DNA of 64,000 nucleotides. It comes from Candidatus Latescibacterota bacterium. GTDB lineage: Bacteria; Latescibacterota; UBA2968; GCA-2709665. The position numbers and the translations under genes were made by a program. This document shows, in pieces, positions 40,763 through 52,154 of the stretch; the stretch's first letter is position 1; the number at the start of each line of letters is the position of its first letter. A model generated the notes under the pieces. It worked only from the letters and a program-made list of their open reading frames with translations, made no database searches and was not told where the DNA came from. The stretch is from assembly GCA_965222075.1 (NCBI GenBank), contig OZ244937.1, forward strand, positions 3,680,001-3,744,000, read 5' to 3'.

Positions 40763-42418
40763 CTACCGCCATTCATCGATCGACACACTCTTCCCGTAAT
40801 TGCACCCCATAATCCGCCAGTAGCCGTTTGTCTCGCCGCCCACGACGACGACGTGAATTGAGTCGATGGGGAAGATGGGGATTGACTCGTTTTCTGCGGC
40901 CTTCAGCATGGTGGCGTAGGGTTCAACCCCGTTTAAAGCCCTCGGATAGACGTAGTTCTCGATGAGCTGATAATCCCAGTAGACCCCCGCATGCATCGTG
41001 GCGTTCTCATGCACCCATTGGATCAGCTTTTCTTTCGTGTCGAACCCGCCCCGGTCTATGAACTGCCGGGCGGTAATGGGGTCCAGGATGAAGGTGGGCG
41101 GATTGTGCGGGTTGAGGCCCCGCAGCATGTTCGTCACGTGTTCACGCCAGTGCGTTTCCCGCAGGCCGAGGTTGAAGGCGGTGGAGCGACAGCCGCCGAA
41201 TACGCTCACGACGCTGTCTTCCGGTTTAAAGCCGTGCTGGACGTGGAACGGCTCCCAGGGGCTGCGTTCTTCGTTTTCGGCATAGGTGACGCTGTTATAG
41301 GCGTAGTTGTTGCCCTGGGAGCCGAGATAGGTGATTTCCGGGACCGAGCCGCCCTGGAGGTTCTGAGAGAGCAGGCCGTAGGCGCGGCCGATGGTGGCAT
41401 TCGCATGGTTGTAAGGACCCAGAGCGCCGATGCCGCAGTTCATGCCGATTTCGTGGCGAACCGGACCGTTGACGACGGCCATGGCGGCGGCCGAGCTGGT
41501 GGTGCTGGCGCGGGCGGTGGCCTGTGTGGCTGCAAGGGCGAGGATGACCGGGAAGTAGTCCGGTTTTGCGCCGGCCATGACGGCGTTAACAGCGACCTTT
41601 TCAACGGTGTATTCCCAGGCCTCGCGCGTGGAGGTGGGACGCATGCGCCCGACGACCTCGTCGGGACTGCGGCCGGTGCCGGCGAGCATGGCACCAACGC
41701 GTGCTTCAGTGGGCAGGACGATGGGGAGCTTGTCGGTCCAGTTATTGTTCAGGAAGAACTGGTGAAGGTTTTCTTCAGAGTCGGGCTCGATAAGTCGGGG
41801 AGTGGACCGATCGAATACAATCTGTTTGGTTTCCTTATCGGTCAGCGGTTTGTTCAGGGCGTCGATGACTTCCTGCATGAACGGCCGGCCGGTGACGGCG
41901 TCGGGACCGTCGATGTAGGCCCGGAGTTCGGCGGGTGACTTGCCCATGACGGGCTGGGGGACGAAGACGAACCGCTGGAGGGGCATTCCCCTCTGGTGAG
42001 CGGCCGCCCTGGCCAGAGGCTCGAAGACGTCGGTCTGCACGGATGCGGTGGGCACTCCGTACTCGGTTTCCAGGATGATGCATTGATCGGCGACCGCCGG
42101 CGCGCACGTGCTTCAGTGGCCCACCGCAACGACCGCCGCGCCTCCCCTGGCTTTGATTTCGTCGTAGAGTTCCGGGTCCCGTTCGGTGTAGACGCCCGAT
42201 TTCCTGCGCAGCTCAATGTTTACTTCGGACATGTGCTCGGCAAACCAGTCCTGCATCTGCTGCATCAGGATGTCCCCGTCGTCGAAGCGGCAGTCGACCA
42301 AATAGACCGGTCTGTCGGCCAGGCCGCCCGAACGCGGAGCCATGCCGAGCTGTTCGATTGCGGGGGGATATCCCATCGGGTTCATGACGGTAATTTTCTC
42401 GCCTCCGGTTTTGCCCAC
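40763..42418 (-). CDS. UGSC-like selenoprotein (551 aa; in-frame UGA at 42113-42115 read as Sec)
   Basis: GTG start with AGGAGG RBS; ...VAVGH-UGA-STCAPAVADQCIILETEYGVPTASV continues in frame into ORF 40763-42055; UxxC motif; SECIS-like hairpin 3' of the UGA. Confidence 0.8.
42078..42112 (-). promoter_or_regulatory. Putative bacterial SECIS element
   Basis: After UGA: AGCAC-GUGC-GCGC-CGGC(GGUC)GCCG-AUCAAU-GCAU. The apical loop starts with G, 17 nt after the UGA. Confidence 0.6.
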
Positions 42419-42544
42419 GTGGAACCTCCTCGTTATAAGTCTCCGGGAAATGGATCGTCTGTATGGCCGAACACGGGTTTGAAGCGTTGGAAAGAATCGG
42501 GAAGGCCGTAGAGATGGTGCGGGGGGCGGTCGATTACGTCGGCT

Positions 42545-43651
42545 TTAACGGACGACCGCCGCAGAGACCGCGTTGGAGACGCGCTTGAGTAAACGGCCAT
42601 TCTCGACCATCTGGTTGGTAAGGATAACGCAGAGCAGGCGCCGCTCGGGGTCGGCCCAGGCCACCGTGCCGGTGGCGCCGACGTGGCCGAAGGTGGCAGG
42701 GGAGACCAGGTCGCCGAAATAGTTCCACACCGGAGAGACCGCCAGGGCCCAGCCCAGCCCCCAGGGGGCGTTCAGACTACCGTTCCGGTCCGTGGTCATT
42801 GCCGCCACGCCGGCCGGGCTGAAGATGTATTTTCCGGTGTATTCTCCGCCGTTGAGCATGGTCTGCAGGAGGATTGCCAGGTCCAAAGCCGTGCTGTGCA
42901 TCCCGCCCCAGGGATGGCCCATGTCCCGCCAGTAGGGGCTGTTTGGGCCGAAGCGTTGAAGGTCTTTGGACTCGGAGGTGGAGGTGCCGCACCAGGCCGT
43001 GTCGGAGATGTCGAAGTTCCCCAACCCCAGCGCGCTGTTTTCCATTCCGAGAGGGTCGAAGATTTCTTCCTTTTCGAAATCGCGCAGGCGCTTTCCGGTG
43101 ACGCGCTCGACGATTTCCGCCGCCAGCAAGATGCCTTTGCTTTGATAGCCGAAACCGGCGCCGGGCGAATAGAGCAGGGGGGTCTGCTGGGCGCCGCGGA
43201 CGAATTCGCTCAATGGGACGTGGGCGCGGCGGAGCGCGGTGTTCTGAGGTAGCATGTCGGGCAGGCCGGAGGTGTGGGAGAGCAGGTGCCCGACGCGCAC
43301 GTTGCGGCGTTCGCCGCCCCGGAAGTCGGGCAGGTACATGGAGACCGGATCGTCGAGGCAGACCTGTCCCCTCTCGACAAGGAGCATCAGGGCGCAGGCG
43401 GTGACCGGTTTTGTGATTGAGGCGAGGAGGAAGATGGTGTCCGGTTTTACAGGGGGCGAACCCTGATCGGGCAACAGACGCCCATAACCTGTTGAGAGGA
43501 CAACCGTATTGTTGCGGGCTACCAGGATGGTCGCTGCGGTGATGCGCCGGTCCTGGATTTCGGATTCGAGGATGGCTGCGGCCCGTTCGAGCGCTTCCGA
43601 CGACATGCCGGCGTCTGAAGGGATGCCTGTTTGTAATTCCGGTGTGGACAT
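42545..43651 (-). CDS. Serine hydrolase (beta-lactamase class C-like family)
   Basis: ASITK (SxxK), LLSHTSG, PGAGFGY, FGHVGATG; start uncertain (43651-43741). Confidence 0.88.
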   Translation of the reverse strand: MSTPELQTGIPSDAGMSSEALERAAAILESEIQDRRITAATILVARNNTVVLSTGYGRLLPDQGSPPVKPDTIFLLASITKPVTACALMLLVERGQVCLDDPVSMYLPDFRGGERRNVRVGHLLSHTSGLPDMLPQNTALRRAHVPLSEFVRGAQQTPLLYSPGAGFGYQSKGILLAAEIVERVTGKRLRDFEKEEIFDPLGMENSALGLGNFDISDTAWCGTSTSESKDLQRFGPNSPYWRDMGHPWGGMHSTALDLAILLQTMLNGGEYTGKYIFSPAGVAAMTTDRNGSLNAPWGLGWALAVSPVWNYFGDLVSPATFGHVGATGTVAWADPERRLLCVILTNQMVENGRLLKRVSNAVSAAVVR

Positions 43652-43769
43652 GGGAGGTGTTCTCATTGGGGGCCTGGCGTCTGTTTTAGAGGTTCGGCCG
43701 GGTTGGCAATGGAAAGTAGAGGATTGCGGGGCGTTTGTCAATACCTCATCGTTTATTCGATGCGACGTA

Positions 43770-43806
43770 AGAAGGCGGAAGCAGCGCAGGGCTGCTTCCG
43801 CCTTCT
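43770..43806. terminator. Strong hairpin downstream of dnaK
   Basis: AGAAGGCGGAAGCAGC-GCAGG-GCTGCTTCCGCCTTCT, a 16-bp perfect stem; U-tract weak. Confidence 0.6.
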
Positions 43807-43833
43807 CGGGATAAGACAGGGCATGTCGTGCCC

Positions 43834-45750
<1,917 letters not shown>

Positions 45751-45864
45751 TGCTGTTCTCCTCTCCTTTGAACTCCTTTTGGTGGTTCATGTAAGATTTT
45801 TACGCTGAGAATGCTCCGGATATGGGTGACCCAAGGCTGTGGCACCCGTCACAAATTGGCCCGG

Positions 45865-46986
45865 TTATTCCTTCCTGCCTGCGCCGGATGCTCGGCAGGC
45901 AGGTGCCAAGGCTGTGGATAAGAGCCTCGTCCGGATGGTGTTGCTGACTTGCTGAGGCCTCCAGTTCTTGAGGGTCTCATACTCCAGAATCTCCACGCCT
46001 TTCCGGTCGGCGGGCACCCATCGGACGATATCGCTGGAGGGAAAAATGCCCGTTACCGGAAGCCCCATGGCCACTGCGAGGTGAAAGAGGTCGGTATTAC
46101 AGGCAATCAGCTGGTGACACGCCTCCAGGAGGGCCACGATCTTGGGCAGGTCGTCGGTCTGACAAAGGAGGACCTTCTGTCCCAGGGTCGCTTTGATTCG
46201 ATTGGCCGCTTTTCTTTCGGTGTAATCAAAAAAGACCAGCGTCCGGGTATTGGCGAGGGCTGTGGCCACTTCTGCGATGCTTTGGAGTTGTTTGACCGTC
46301 GGGCGATTGCCCGTACAGGTGCTAACGTCAAGGCCCACAAACCGCTCGCCGGGTTTCCTGCTGCCGAGGTAGCGTTCCCGGATCTTTTTGGCTCCCGCTT
46401 TGGAGACAGACCAGGACACCCTGTCTTTGACCTGGGGTATGCCGAGCGTGCGGAGGAGAAGCGCGAGGCGTTCAAGTTCATAACATGTCTCCGGGCGCGG
46501 CACAATCCGGAGGTTGATGAAGGGAAAATCGTCTCGCTGGAACCCGATCCGGAGGTGTGCGCCGCTTTTGTAGCAGATGTAAGCGGGGCAGAAACTCTCT
46601 TCGGTGCTGAAGAAGAAGGCGATATCGAACGCTTGTTCCTGAAGGCGCCGCACGAGACCGCGGAGTTTGCCTCCCAGGGGGAGGAGAAAGTCTTCGTAGA
46701 CCATCACCTCGTCTACAAAAGGGATTTCCCGGGCGATATATGCTTTGTGCGCATGGACCAAAAGGGTGATTCTGGCCTCGGCATAGCGGTGTCGAATGGC
46801 CCGGAACTGAGATGCACCCAGGAAAAGGCCGCCGGCGCGGCCGTCGGGGACAATCAGGATCTTCCGGGGGGATTTCAAGGCGTCGGAGACGGAAAATGCC
46901 GGCTGGGCCTTTGGGGCTTTAGAGAGGCAGAATGCGAGGGGGGTGATCAACCACCGGCGCAGCCAGCCGTTGACCTGGGACTTCAT
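45865..46986 (-). CDS. Glycosyltransferase family 9 (heptosyltransferase-like)
   Basis: KILIV...GGLFL, IPFVDEV, LRIGF, CNTDLFHLAVAMG.P..GIF; divergent. Confidence 0.7.
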   Translation of the reverse strand: MKSQVNGWLRRWLITPLAFCLSKAPKAQPAFSVSDALKSPRKILIVPDGRAGGLFLGASQFRAIRHRYAEARITLLVHAHKAYIAREIPFVDEVMVYEDFLLPLGGKLRGLVRRLQEQAFDIAFFFSTEESFCPAYICYKSGAHLRIGFQRDDFPFINLRIVPRPETCYELERLALLLRTLGIPQVKDRVSWSVSKAGAKKIRERYLGSRKPGERFVGLDVSTCTGNRPTVKQLQSIAEVATALANTRTLVFFDYTERKAANRIKATLGQKVLLCQTDDLPKIVALLEACHQLIACNTDLFHLAVAMGLPVTGIFPSSDIVRWVPADRKGVEILEYETLKNWRPQQVSNTIRTRLLSTALAPACRASGAGRKE

Positions 46987-47141
46987 GGAGGCACTACTCC
47001 TTCCAAAGCTTCGACTCGATCTGTACCCCTTTGGACACCTTTTTGTAGAATTTCTTATTGTATCAACGCCATGTGTGACTTCAGGATCAGTGGTCGGCAG
47101 TCAGCAAAACAAGCCATGCAGCGATCTTGCCTTGGGGCGGA

Positions 47142-47201
47142 CCTGTCTGCCGTGCCGGCACAGGCAGGCCTGCCTGCAGCGCACTACGCTGCGCAGGCAG
47201 G
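47142..47201. repeat. Two tandem CCTG[C/T]CTG...CAGGCAGG palindromic elements
   Basis: 47142-47168 and 47169-47201; third copy at 45874-45903 inside the GT9 3' end. Confidence 0.7.
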
Positions 47202-47460
47202 TGTGCGGGGGCTGATAGCCCCCTTTGTGTCTTCGTGCCTTTGTGTGAGGTCAAATTACTCGCTGTCTTCTTTTGAAGTCACACATCACGTATTGTATCA
47301 ATACGGTGAACACGCTACGACGGCCCGGATTTTCTTGTCCGCAAGATATTCAGTTTGGAAAAATAATAAACCAAATGTTACTTTATTTTCAAGAGGTTGT
47401 CAACTGGAATTTCGGGTGGCAAAGATTCACCCTCGGTAGAGAGGGGCCTAAAGTTTTCAC

Positions 47461-47489
47461 TTGCTATTTTGTTCAGTGTGCGGTATACT
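47461..47489 (+). promoter_or_regulatory. Sigma70-type promoter
   Basis: TTGCTA-17 bp-TATACT, 60 nt upstream of ATG 47549. Confidence 0.6.
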
Positions 47490-47548
47490 TACAATCTGAG
47501 AATTTTAAGTTGCTGTAAAACTTGGCCCCTGCTGCCAGGAGAAGCGTT

Positions 47549-47941
47549 ATGGCCAAATCCAACGGAAGGCGTGGCAACTTATACGAACAGGTGTTGGATC
47601 ATACCCGGCGCGAGATTGACGAGGCCTCGTCGAAAATTGACGAGTTGCGCCAGACGCTGCGCCTGTTGGAATCACGTGTGGAGGCGGCTAAATCGGTTTA
47701 TGCAGCCGTGGCTACGCGTCTGAACTTAGAGGATGAGCTGGAAGAGGAGACAGAACTTCAGGAGGCCCCCTATCCTGAGGAGCCGGAGCCCCCGGAAGAA
47801 GCCGAAGCGGAGAACACGCCAGAGGCCTCCAAACCGGCGGCGTCGGAGTCTGAAGGTGTGTTTCCGGGGCTTTCTGAGGAGGAGAGGCGGCTGATTAAGG
47901 AACACTTGCGGCGCCGGGCAGAGGCCGAGCAGGAGGGGTAG
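47549..47941 (+). CDS. Hypothetical protein (coiled coil plus Glu/Pro-rich linker)
   Basis: AGGAG RBS; heptad-like N-terminal half, acidic tail. Confidence 0.7.
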   Translation: MAKSNGRRGNLYEQVLDHTRREIDEASSKIDELRQTLRLLESRVEAAKSVYAAVATRLNLEDELEEETELQEAPYPEEPEPPEEAEAENTPEASKPAASESEGVFPGLSEEERRLIKEHLRRRAEAEQEG

Positions 47942-48075
47942 GCTGCGAGGAAATGTCTCTTCTGTGAGCCGAAAAAATGGTCACGCAAGGAAGAACAGGG
48001 AATGATGGCGTAGAACCGATTCCCTGTTCTTTGTATTTTGGCGGATGCAGGTTGCGGAATTGGGTGTGAGGTTTT

Positions 48076-49554
48076 ATGGGCATTTGTGCGAGGGAAGCAT
48101 CGGTTGAGGAGATGGGTCCGAAAGAGCGGAGCATCTATATCGACCAATTGACCCCCAGGGGGGGGCTTTATACGGATGTACAGCGGGCGGTGCATCCGAA
48201 GTCGAACAGTACATGGCGCGTGTCTCCAGAGCCGTTTTGGATGCCGCCCCATATTGTGTGGCAGTACGAGGCCCTGGGGAGGCACCTTTACCGCTTTTAC
48301 AAGGCGGCCAACCTGCTCTACTCTCAGAGTGTCCGGGGTATCCAGCCGGGGTGGGTGGCGGCCTATCTGGACCGGGGAAAGCCGGAGGAAGTGATTGGCT
48401 ACGGACGGATGAACCGGTTCAAGCAGCACCTGCCGCACGTCGTCCGACCCGACGTTATTCCTACGGTGGAGGGCATGGTGGCCACGGAACTCGATTCGGT
48501 TCCGGGGGGCATCGGGTTTACGGCCAGTCTGGGACAGCGTTATGCCCGGCTGGGGTATGAGATTGTGGGAGGGGCAGATGGGATGGCCTCCGGGTTTATG
48601 CACATGATCCGGTCGGTTGGGGGAGTGGAGGACTCCGTTTTGGGGGTGGTGATTTCGGAGGAATCAGCGAGCTGGCGGCCGGAGATGGCCTGGCTGGGCG
48701 AGGTCCTGAACGGGCTGGGGCTGGAGACCTATGTGGTGCGCCCGGAAGAGATCCTTTTCAGCGAGGCGGGGCTTTTTGTGGAGGGGGCGCGGGGACGGCG
48801 GCAGATCGATGTGCTTTACCGATTTTTTGAGCTGTTCGACCTGAAGAATATCCCCAAGATCGACCTGATTCTGTATGCGATCCGCAAGGATCTGGTGAAG
48901 GTGACGCCCCCATTGAAGGGGTACTTAGAAGAGAAGATGCTGATGGGGCTGTTTCACCATCCGCTGCTCAAACGATTCTGGCACAGCGAATTAGGGGAAG
49001 ATGCGTTCGACTTCCTGATGCAGGTCTTTCCCAAGACCTGGATTCTGGACCCGCACCCGCTGCCGCCTTACGGCGTGATTCCGGGGCTGGAGATTGACGG
49101 GCAGGCGTTCACAGACTGGCAGGCGCTGGGCCGGCTGGGGCAGAAGCAGCGGCAGTTTGTGGTCAAACCGTCGGGGTTTTCGGAGCAGGCCTGGGGGAGC
49201 CGGGGGGTGTCGGTGGGCCACGATATGTCTGAGGAAGACTGGGGGGGGGTGATCGCGTCGGCGCTGGAGGCCTTTCCGACGACCCCACACATCCTCCAGG
49301 AATTTCACACCAGTTCCAGGTTTTCCGTGGACTACTACAACTTCGACTCGGACCAGATGGCGCGGTTCAGAGGACGCGTGCGGTTTTGCCCTTACTATTT
49401 TGTGGTGGATGACGAACCGGTGCTGTCGGGCATCCAGGCGACGGTCTGTCCGCCCGACAAGAAGGTGCTGCACGGAATGGTGGACGCGGTGGTGGTCCCT
49501 TGCGGGATCGCGGAGGGGCACGGAACCCCCCCATCCCCGCCGCAGGAGAGATAG
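48076..49554 (+). CDS. Uncharacterised ATP-grasp-like ligase (glutathionylspermidine-synthetase-like motifs)
   Basis: VVRPD...TELDSVPGG, YRFFELFD, EEK, VVKPSGF...GSRGV, ILQEF. Confidence 0.55.
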   Translation: MGICAREASVEEMGPKERSIYIDQLTPRGGLYTDVQRAVHPKSNSTWRVSPEPFWMPPHIVWQYEALGRHLYRFYKAANLLYSQSVRGIQPGWVAAYLDRGKPEEVIGYGRMNRFKQHLPHVVRPDVIPTVEGMVATELDSVPGGIGFTASLGQRYARLGYEIVGGADGMASGFMHMIRSVGGVEDSVLGVVISEESASWRPEMAWLGEVLNGLGLETYVVRPEEILFSEAGLFVEGARGRRQIDVLYRFFELFDLKNIPKIDLILYAIRKDLVKVTPPLKGYLEEKMLMGLFHHPLLKRFWHSELGEDAFDFLMQVFPKTWILDPHPLPPYGVIPGLEIDGQAFTDWQALGRLGQKQRQFVVKPSGFSEQAWGSRGVSVGHDMSEEDWGGVIASALEAFPTTPHILQEFHTSSRFSVDYYNFDSDQMARFRGRVRFCPYYFVVDDEPVLSGIQATVCPPDKKVLHGMVDAVVVPCGIAEGHGTPPSPPQER

Positions 49555-49597
49555 AAGGACGACGTGGGGGCCAATGACGCAAGGAAGGAATTGAGGT

Positions 49598-50452
49598 ATG
49601 GTGACGGTTGCCGAGAAGGTGGGTGAAAAACTGGGGAGGTTGAATGCGATTCTGGAAGGGATGGGGAGTGTGGTTGTGGCTTTTTCGGGGGGGGTGGACA
49701 GTACGTTTTTGGCAGCGGCTGCATACCGGGTGCTGGGGAATGGGGCCCTGGCGGTGACGGCGGTGTCTGCAAGCTACGCGGAGGGGGAACTGGAGAATGC
49801 CCAGGTCCTGGCAGGGCAGATCGGCATCCGGCACGAGCTTGTCTACACCCAGGAGCTGGAAGACCCCAACTACGTGCAGAATGCGCCCGATCGGTGTTTC
49901 TATTGCAAGACGGCCCTGGCGGACAAGTTAGATGAGGTGCTCCAGCGCTACGGGGATCGGTACCGTTTCCTGGTTTACGGGGCGATCGCAGACGATGTGG
50001 GCGATTTCCGGCCGGGGATGGCGGCTGCAAAGGAACGGGGCATCCGGGCGCCGATGGTTGAGGTAGGGATGGCCAAGGCGGATGTGCGGGCACTGTCGAG
50101 GCGGTGGGGGCTGCCCACATGGGATCGGCCCGCATCGGCCTGTCTGTCGTCTCGGATTCCCTATGGGACGCCGGTAACGGTGGAGGCGCTCTCGATGGTG
50201 GACCGGGCCGAGGCCTTTCTCAAGGACCTGGGGTTCCGTCTGGTACGGGTACGACATCACGAAGAGATGGCCCGGATTGAGGTGCCCCCGGAGGAGATGG
50301 TCCGCTTTTTTGAGCATGGGATTCACCAGAAAGTGGCGCAGCGGTTGAAGGAGGTCGGATACAAGTATGTGACACTGGATCTGCAGGGCTACCGGAGTGG
50401 GAGTTTGAACGAGGCGCTCCGGGAGCCGCTGCTTGGGATTGGGAAGAGGTGA
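49598..50452 (+). CDS. larE: LarE-family ATP-dependent sulfur transferase
   Basis: PP-loop AFSGGVDS, DRCFYCK, RPG, SACLSSRIPYG, RVRHH, GYRSGSLN. Confidence 0.88.
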   Translation: MVTVAEKVGEKLGRLNAILEGMGSVVVAFSGGVDSTFLAAAAYRVLGNGALAVTAVSASYAEGELENAQVLAGQIGIRHELVYTQELEDPNYVQNAPDRCFYCKTALADKLDEVLQRYGDRYRFLVYGAIADDVGDFRPGMAAAKERGIRAPMVEVGMAKADVRALSRRWGLPTWDRPASACLSSRIPYGTPVTVEALSMVDRAEAFLKDLGFRLVRVRHHEEMARIEVPPEEMVRFFEHGIHQKVAQRLKEVGYKYVTLDLQGYRSGSLNEALREPLLGIGKR

Positions 50453-50504
50453 GATATTGCGGAATCCGCAATTGGGGCGGCCTTAGGGTGCACAGGAGGT
50501 CGAG

Positions 50505-51059
50505 ATGGCTTTGCTTGAGATTAAGAAGCTCGGGTGTCCGATTTTGCGGAAGCGGGCGCTGCCCATAGAGGGGATTGCGGAAGAAGCGCACCGTCTGATA
50601 GACGATATGTTCGACACGATGTACGCAGCGGAGGGGGTCGGGCTGGCCGCGCCCCAGGTGGGGGTCGGCCAACGGCTGGTCGTGCTGGACGTGGGGCCTC
50701 GGGATGCTTCGGCCGAACCCATGGCGTTGATCAATCCGGAGGTGCTCTGGTCTGCGGGGGAGGTGGGGGGGGAAGAGGGGTGCCTCAGCCTGCCGGAGGT
50801 CGTGGGCGAGGTGAAGCGGGCGGCGCATGTGCGGGTGGGGGCGCTGGACCGGGAAGGCACCCCCTTTGAAGTAGAGATGAGCGGGATTGGTGCCCGGGCG
50901 GTTCAACACGAAATTGATCACTTGGACGGGATCCTGGTGATCGACCGCTTCAGCACGATCAAACGGAACCTGCTGCGGGGACAACTCCGGCGGTTGAAGC
51001 GGCAGGGGAGACGTCAGGCACCGGGGCTGGTCGCCGATGAGGCTGTGAATACGCAGTGA
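50505..51059 (+). CDS. def: Peptide deformylase
   Basis: GVGLAAPQ, EGCLS, QHEIDHLDG. Confidence 0.96.
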   Translation: MALLEIKKLGCPILRKRALPIEGIAEEAHRLIDDMFDTMYAAEGVGLAAPQVGVGQRLVVLDVGPRDASAEPMALINPEVLWSAGEVGGEEGCLSLPEVVGEVKRAAHVRVGALDREGTPFEVEMSGIGARAVQHEIDHLDGILVIDRFSTIKRNLLRGQLRRLKRQGRRQAPGLVADEAVNTQ

Positions 51060-51128
51060 ACAAGTATTAACATTTCGGATGTCGGAATAAAGGGTTGAAA
51101 CTCGCATTCCGCAATCCGCATTTTGAAT

Positions 51129-52016
51129 ATGGACGCACGTATCGATCTTCACCTGCATTCGACCTGTTCGGATGGGACCTTTTCACCCGAAGAGGTGGTC
51201 CGTCAGGCCGCAGAGGCGGGGCTTGCGGTGATCAGTCTCACCGATCACGACTCTACGGAGGGGGTGTCTCCCGCCCAGGCGGCTGGGGAGGAAGTGGGGG
51301 TGGAGGTGGTGCCGGGGGTGGAGTTGAGCGCACAGGCGAAAGAGAAGGATCTCCATATTCTGGGCTATTTTGTGGACTGCACCCACCCAGATCTGGTGGA
51401 CTGTCTTGGGTTGTACCGAGATGAGCGAAAGCGGCGGGCGAAACGGATGGTGAAGAAGCTGAACAAGATGGGGATTCGGGTGCGGTTCGAGCAGGTGCTG
51501 GCCAAGGCGGGGGGTGGGGCGGTGGGGCGGCCCCACTTAGCCGATGTGATGGTGGAGGAGGGGGTCGTATTTTCTACCAACGAGGCGTTTCAAAAGTACC
51601 TGGGATATTCCCGGCCCGCCTATGAACCCAAGCATTCCCTCTCCCCTTTCGAGGCCATCGGGGTGATCCATGCAGCGGGAGGGCTGGCTTGCTTAGCCCA
51701 TCCCGGGCTGTACGCCAGGGACGATTTGATTGCCGGGCTGGTCTCTGATCGGCTGGACGGAATTGAGGTGTTGCATACCAAACACGGCCCCGCCGAGGTT
51801 GCCCGGTATACGGAAATTGCGGATCGCTACGGCCTGCTGCAAACGGGGGGGTCGGACTGTCACGGCGACAGCCGGGGGGACCCGGTGATCGGGACTGTGG
51901 AGGTCCCACGGGTATTTGTGGAGGCTTTGCGGGAGACGCATCGGGAACGGCGAAACGAGGGGTCAGGGGTCCGTCCCTGCGGCCCCTCATCTCGACAATC
52001 CGGACCCGGGGTTTGA
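51129..52016 (+). CDS. PHP-domain phosphoesterase (TrpH/YciV-like)
   Basis: DLHLHSTCSDG, TDHD, GVELS, HILGY, GRPH, AHP, GGSDCH. Confidence 0.9.
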   Translation: MDARIDLHLHSTCSDGTFSPEEVVRQAAEAGLAVISLTDHDSTEGVSPAQAAGEEVGVEVVPGVELSAQAKEKDLHILGYFVDCTHPDLVDCLGLYRDERKRRAKRMVKKLNKMGIRVRFEQVLAKAGGGAVGRPHLADVMVEEGVVFSTNEAFQKYLGYSRPAYEPKHSLSPFEAIGVIHAAGGLACLAHPGLYARDDLIAGLVSDRLDGIEVLHTKHGPAEVARYTEIADRYGLLQTGGSDCHGDSRGDPVIGTVEVPRVFVEALRETHRERRNEGSGVRPCGPSSRQSGPGV

Positions 52017-52107
52017 CGCTTGAGCTCGGTTCAAAATAGAATCAGATTTTACGAGCCTCCGGCCCCCGCCTTTTACTTTCTGGCCTGAGGGAATCTGTCG
52101 TCTTGAT

Positions 52108-52142
52108 CGTCGAGTGTGGTGTGGGTGCTCGGCGTTTTTTTT
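52108..52142 (+). terminator. Intrinsic terminator-like hairpin 12 nt before the pncB start
   Basis: CGUCGAGUG/UGCUCGGCG stem (with G-U pairs) plus U8. Confidence 0.55.
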
Positions 52143-52154
52143 CGGGTGCAGGAT

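Noticed and set aside
40763-42418. Annotation as two genes or as a nonsense pseudogene
   Set aside because: UxxC context, open in-frame linker and SECIS-like hairpin favour Sec readthrough.
45751-45864. CIRCE element upstream of dnaK
   Set aside because: No TTAGCACTC-N9-GAGTGCTAA-like inverted repeat.
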